DNA of 63,618 nucleotides, filler included, from Octopus bimaculoides (lineage: Eukaryota): NCBI RefSeq assembly GCF_001194135.2. It is 5 parts of 5 records of this genome, joined end to end, with 100 filler letters (N's around TTAATTAATTAA, not from the genome) between each part and the next. Parts side by side here need not be neighbours in the genome. Positions count along the whole stretch, not along the records: positions 61,270 to 63,618 come from NC_068982.1; 4 more parts are not named here. The stretch is one strand, 5' to 3'. Position 1 is the first letter of the stretch; every line of letters starts with the position of its first letter. The position numbers and the translations under genes were made by a program. The notes under the pieces were generated by a model. It was not told the DNA's origin. It saw nothing but the letters and a program-made list of their open reading frames with translations, and did not search any database. Of this stretch, positions 62,370 through 63,618 are shown piece by piece.

Positions 62370-63586
62370 GTAAATTTTACTGGGAGAGCTTCTGATGTTT
62401 AGGGCAAGAAAAGAAAAGAAAAATATGGAATATTGTCGAGGTTATTTGGGCTTCTATGTGGATTTGGCTTTCAAAATCAGTGACAAATAAATAATTATGG
62501 ACGTCTACTTCGAAATTTACTCTTTCTCTGACCAGGTCATAAATTCACCTTCATGCCTGTAATCATTAGTGCGGTAGCTCTGTTAGTAAATATTTAAGTA
62601 GCAATCAAATAAAGCTAGTGTTACGAGCGAAGAGCTAACACGGCCTATACGATGCATAACAAAAGCAGTCACAATTGCAAGCGAATAAAATGAAGTAGAG
62701 TAAAAGAAAACTTTTACCAGTCATTTCTAAATTTAAACAAGTATATTTTCACTGTAGTTATCTAAAGTCTAATATTGAAGCTTTGTCTCTTCGTTAGACT
62801 CCAGCTCCTTATTTATATGAAGTTTTCAAAAGTTAACATATATATCTATACACAGACAGACACACACACACAAACACACATATATGTGTACTTATATGTG
62901 TAATCTTGCCTACATGCACACAAGCATACACTGACAAAAAACATATCACACAAAAACGCGCACATATGTATGTATATTTATTTATGCAGATAAATCTAAA
63001 TTCTATACAAATGTTTTTGTTTCTACACGAAGTATAGTATATTTATACATATACACACATACTATATATATATATGTGTGTGGGAGGCGGTATCTTTGTG
63101 TGTGTATATGTGTATGTGTCTGTGTAGTGTGTGCGTATCTTTACGTGTAAGCTACTCCATACATCTAAACATATAAATACACATATTCGTATGTGCTTGT
63201 GTAGGTTTATCCATAATATATTGGCTATCCGTTGTGCAATTGATCTAGTATATAAGGGACACATTATTCTTTTACTTTTTTTTTTGTTTTTGCTTTAGAT
63301 GCAGAAACTGCACCAAAACTTTGCTTATTGATTTCAGTTCAAACAAAATGCTATGATTTGCCAACAAGATGATAAATCTTGCCAAACCATAATAGTATAC
63401 AAAGAGTAGAAAAATGTAAATAGCCATAAAAATAGAAAACAGAAACTAATACAAAATAGGGCCGAAGTGTCTATTTTTCTCGCATTGATTAGAATTACGC
63501 ACACATTCAAATCATACACTCGTATACATGTAATTACATTAATGTCTGTGTGTGTGTGTGTATATATATATAATTGCATGTATGTC

Positions 63587-63618
<32 letters not shown>

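Noticed and set aside
63270-63380. Plus-strand acceptor at 63298 followed by short ORFs
   Set aside because: All frames stop within 25 codons and the peptides are unrecognisable.

Overview
AT-rich, microsatellite-dense animal DNA. The SINE families and TTAGGG-type repeats look like those of a coleoid cephalopod, probably Octopus; this is recognised from repeat content, not from a database search. I found no intact host protein-coding gene, rRNA, true tRNA or CRISPR array. The window is a transposon graveyard. It holds decayed Tx1/L1-clade LINEs, a Penelope-like RT, two RLE-type LINE 3' ends, a Gypsy (Mag-like) RT-RNaseH fragment, a solo LTR, Tc1 (DD34E), maT (DD37D), Merlin and Helitron remnants, foldback MITEs with telomere-like repeats, and several tRNA-derived SINE families. 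Four 100-bp gap linkers (N44-TTAATTAATTAA-N44) split it into five separately assembled blocks, so adjacency across them is unproven. The most interesting signal is a set of six minus-strand type I hammerhead ribozyme motifs, ranging from intact to degenerate. Five have very short palindromic or near-palindromic stem III, and most sit a short distance from (TA)n tracts. Two form a head-to-tail pair 449 nt apart, the layout known for Penelope pLTRs and non-LTR retrozymes. TE boundaries were read by eye and are approximate (about 10-30 nt) unless stated as exact.
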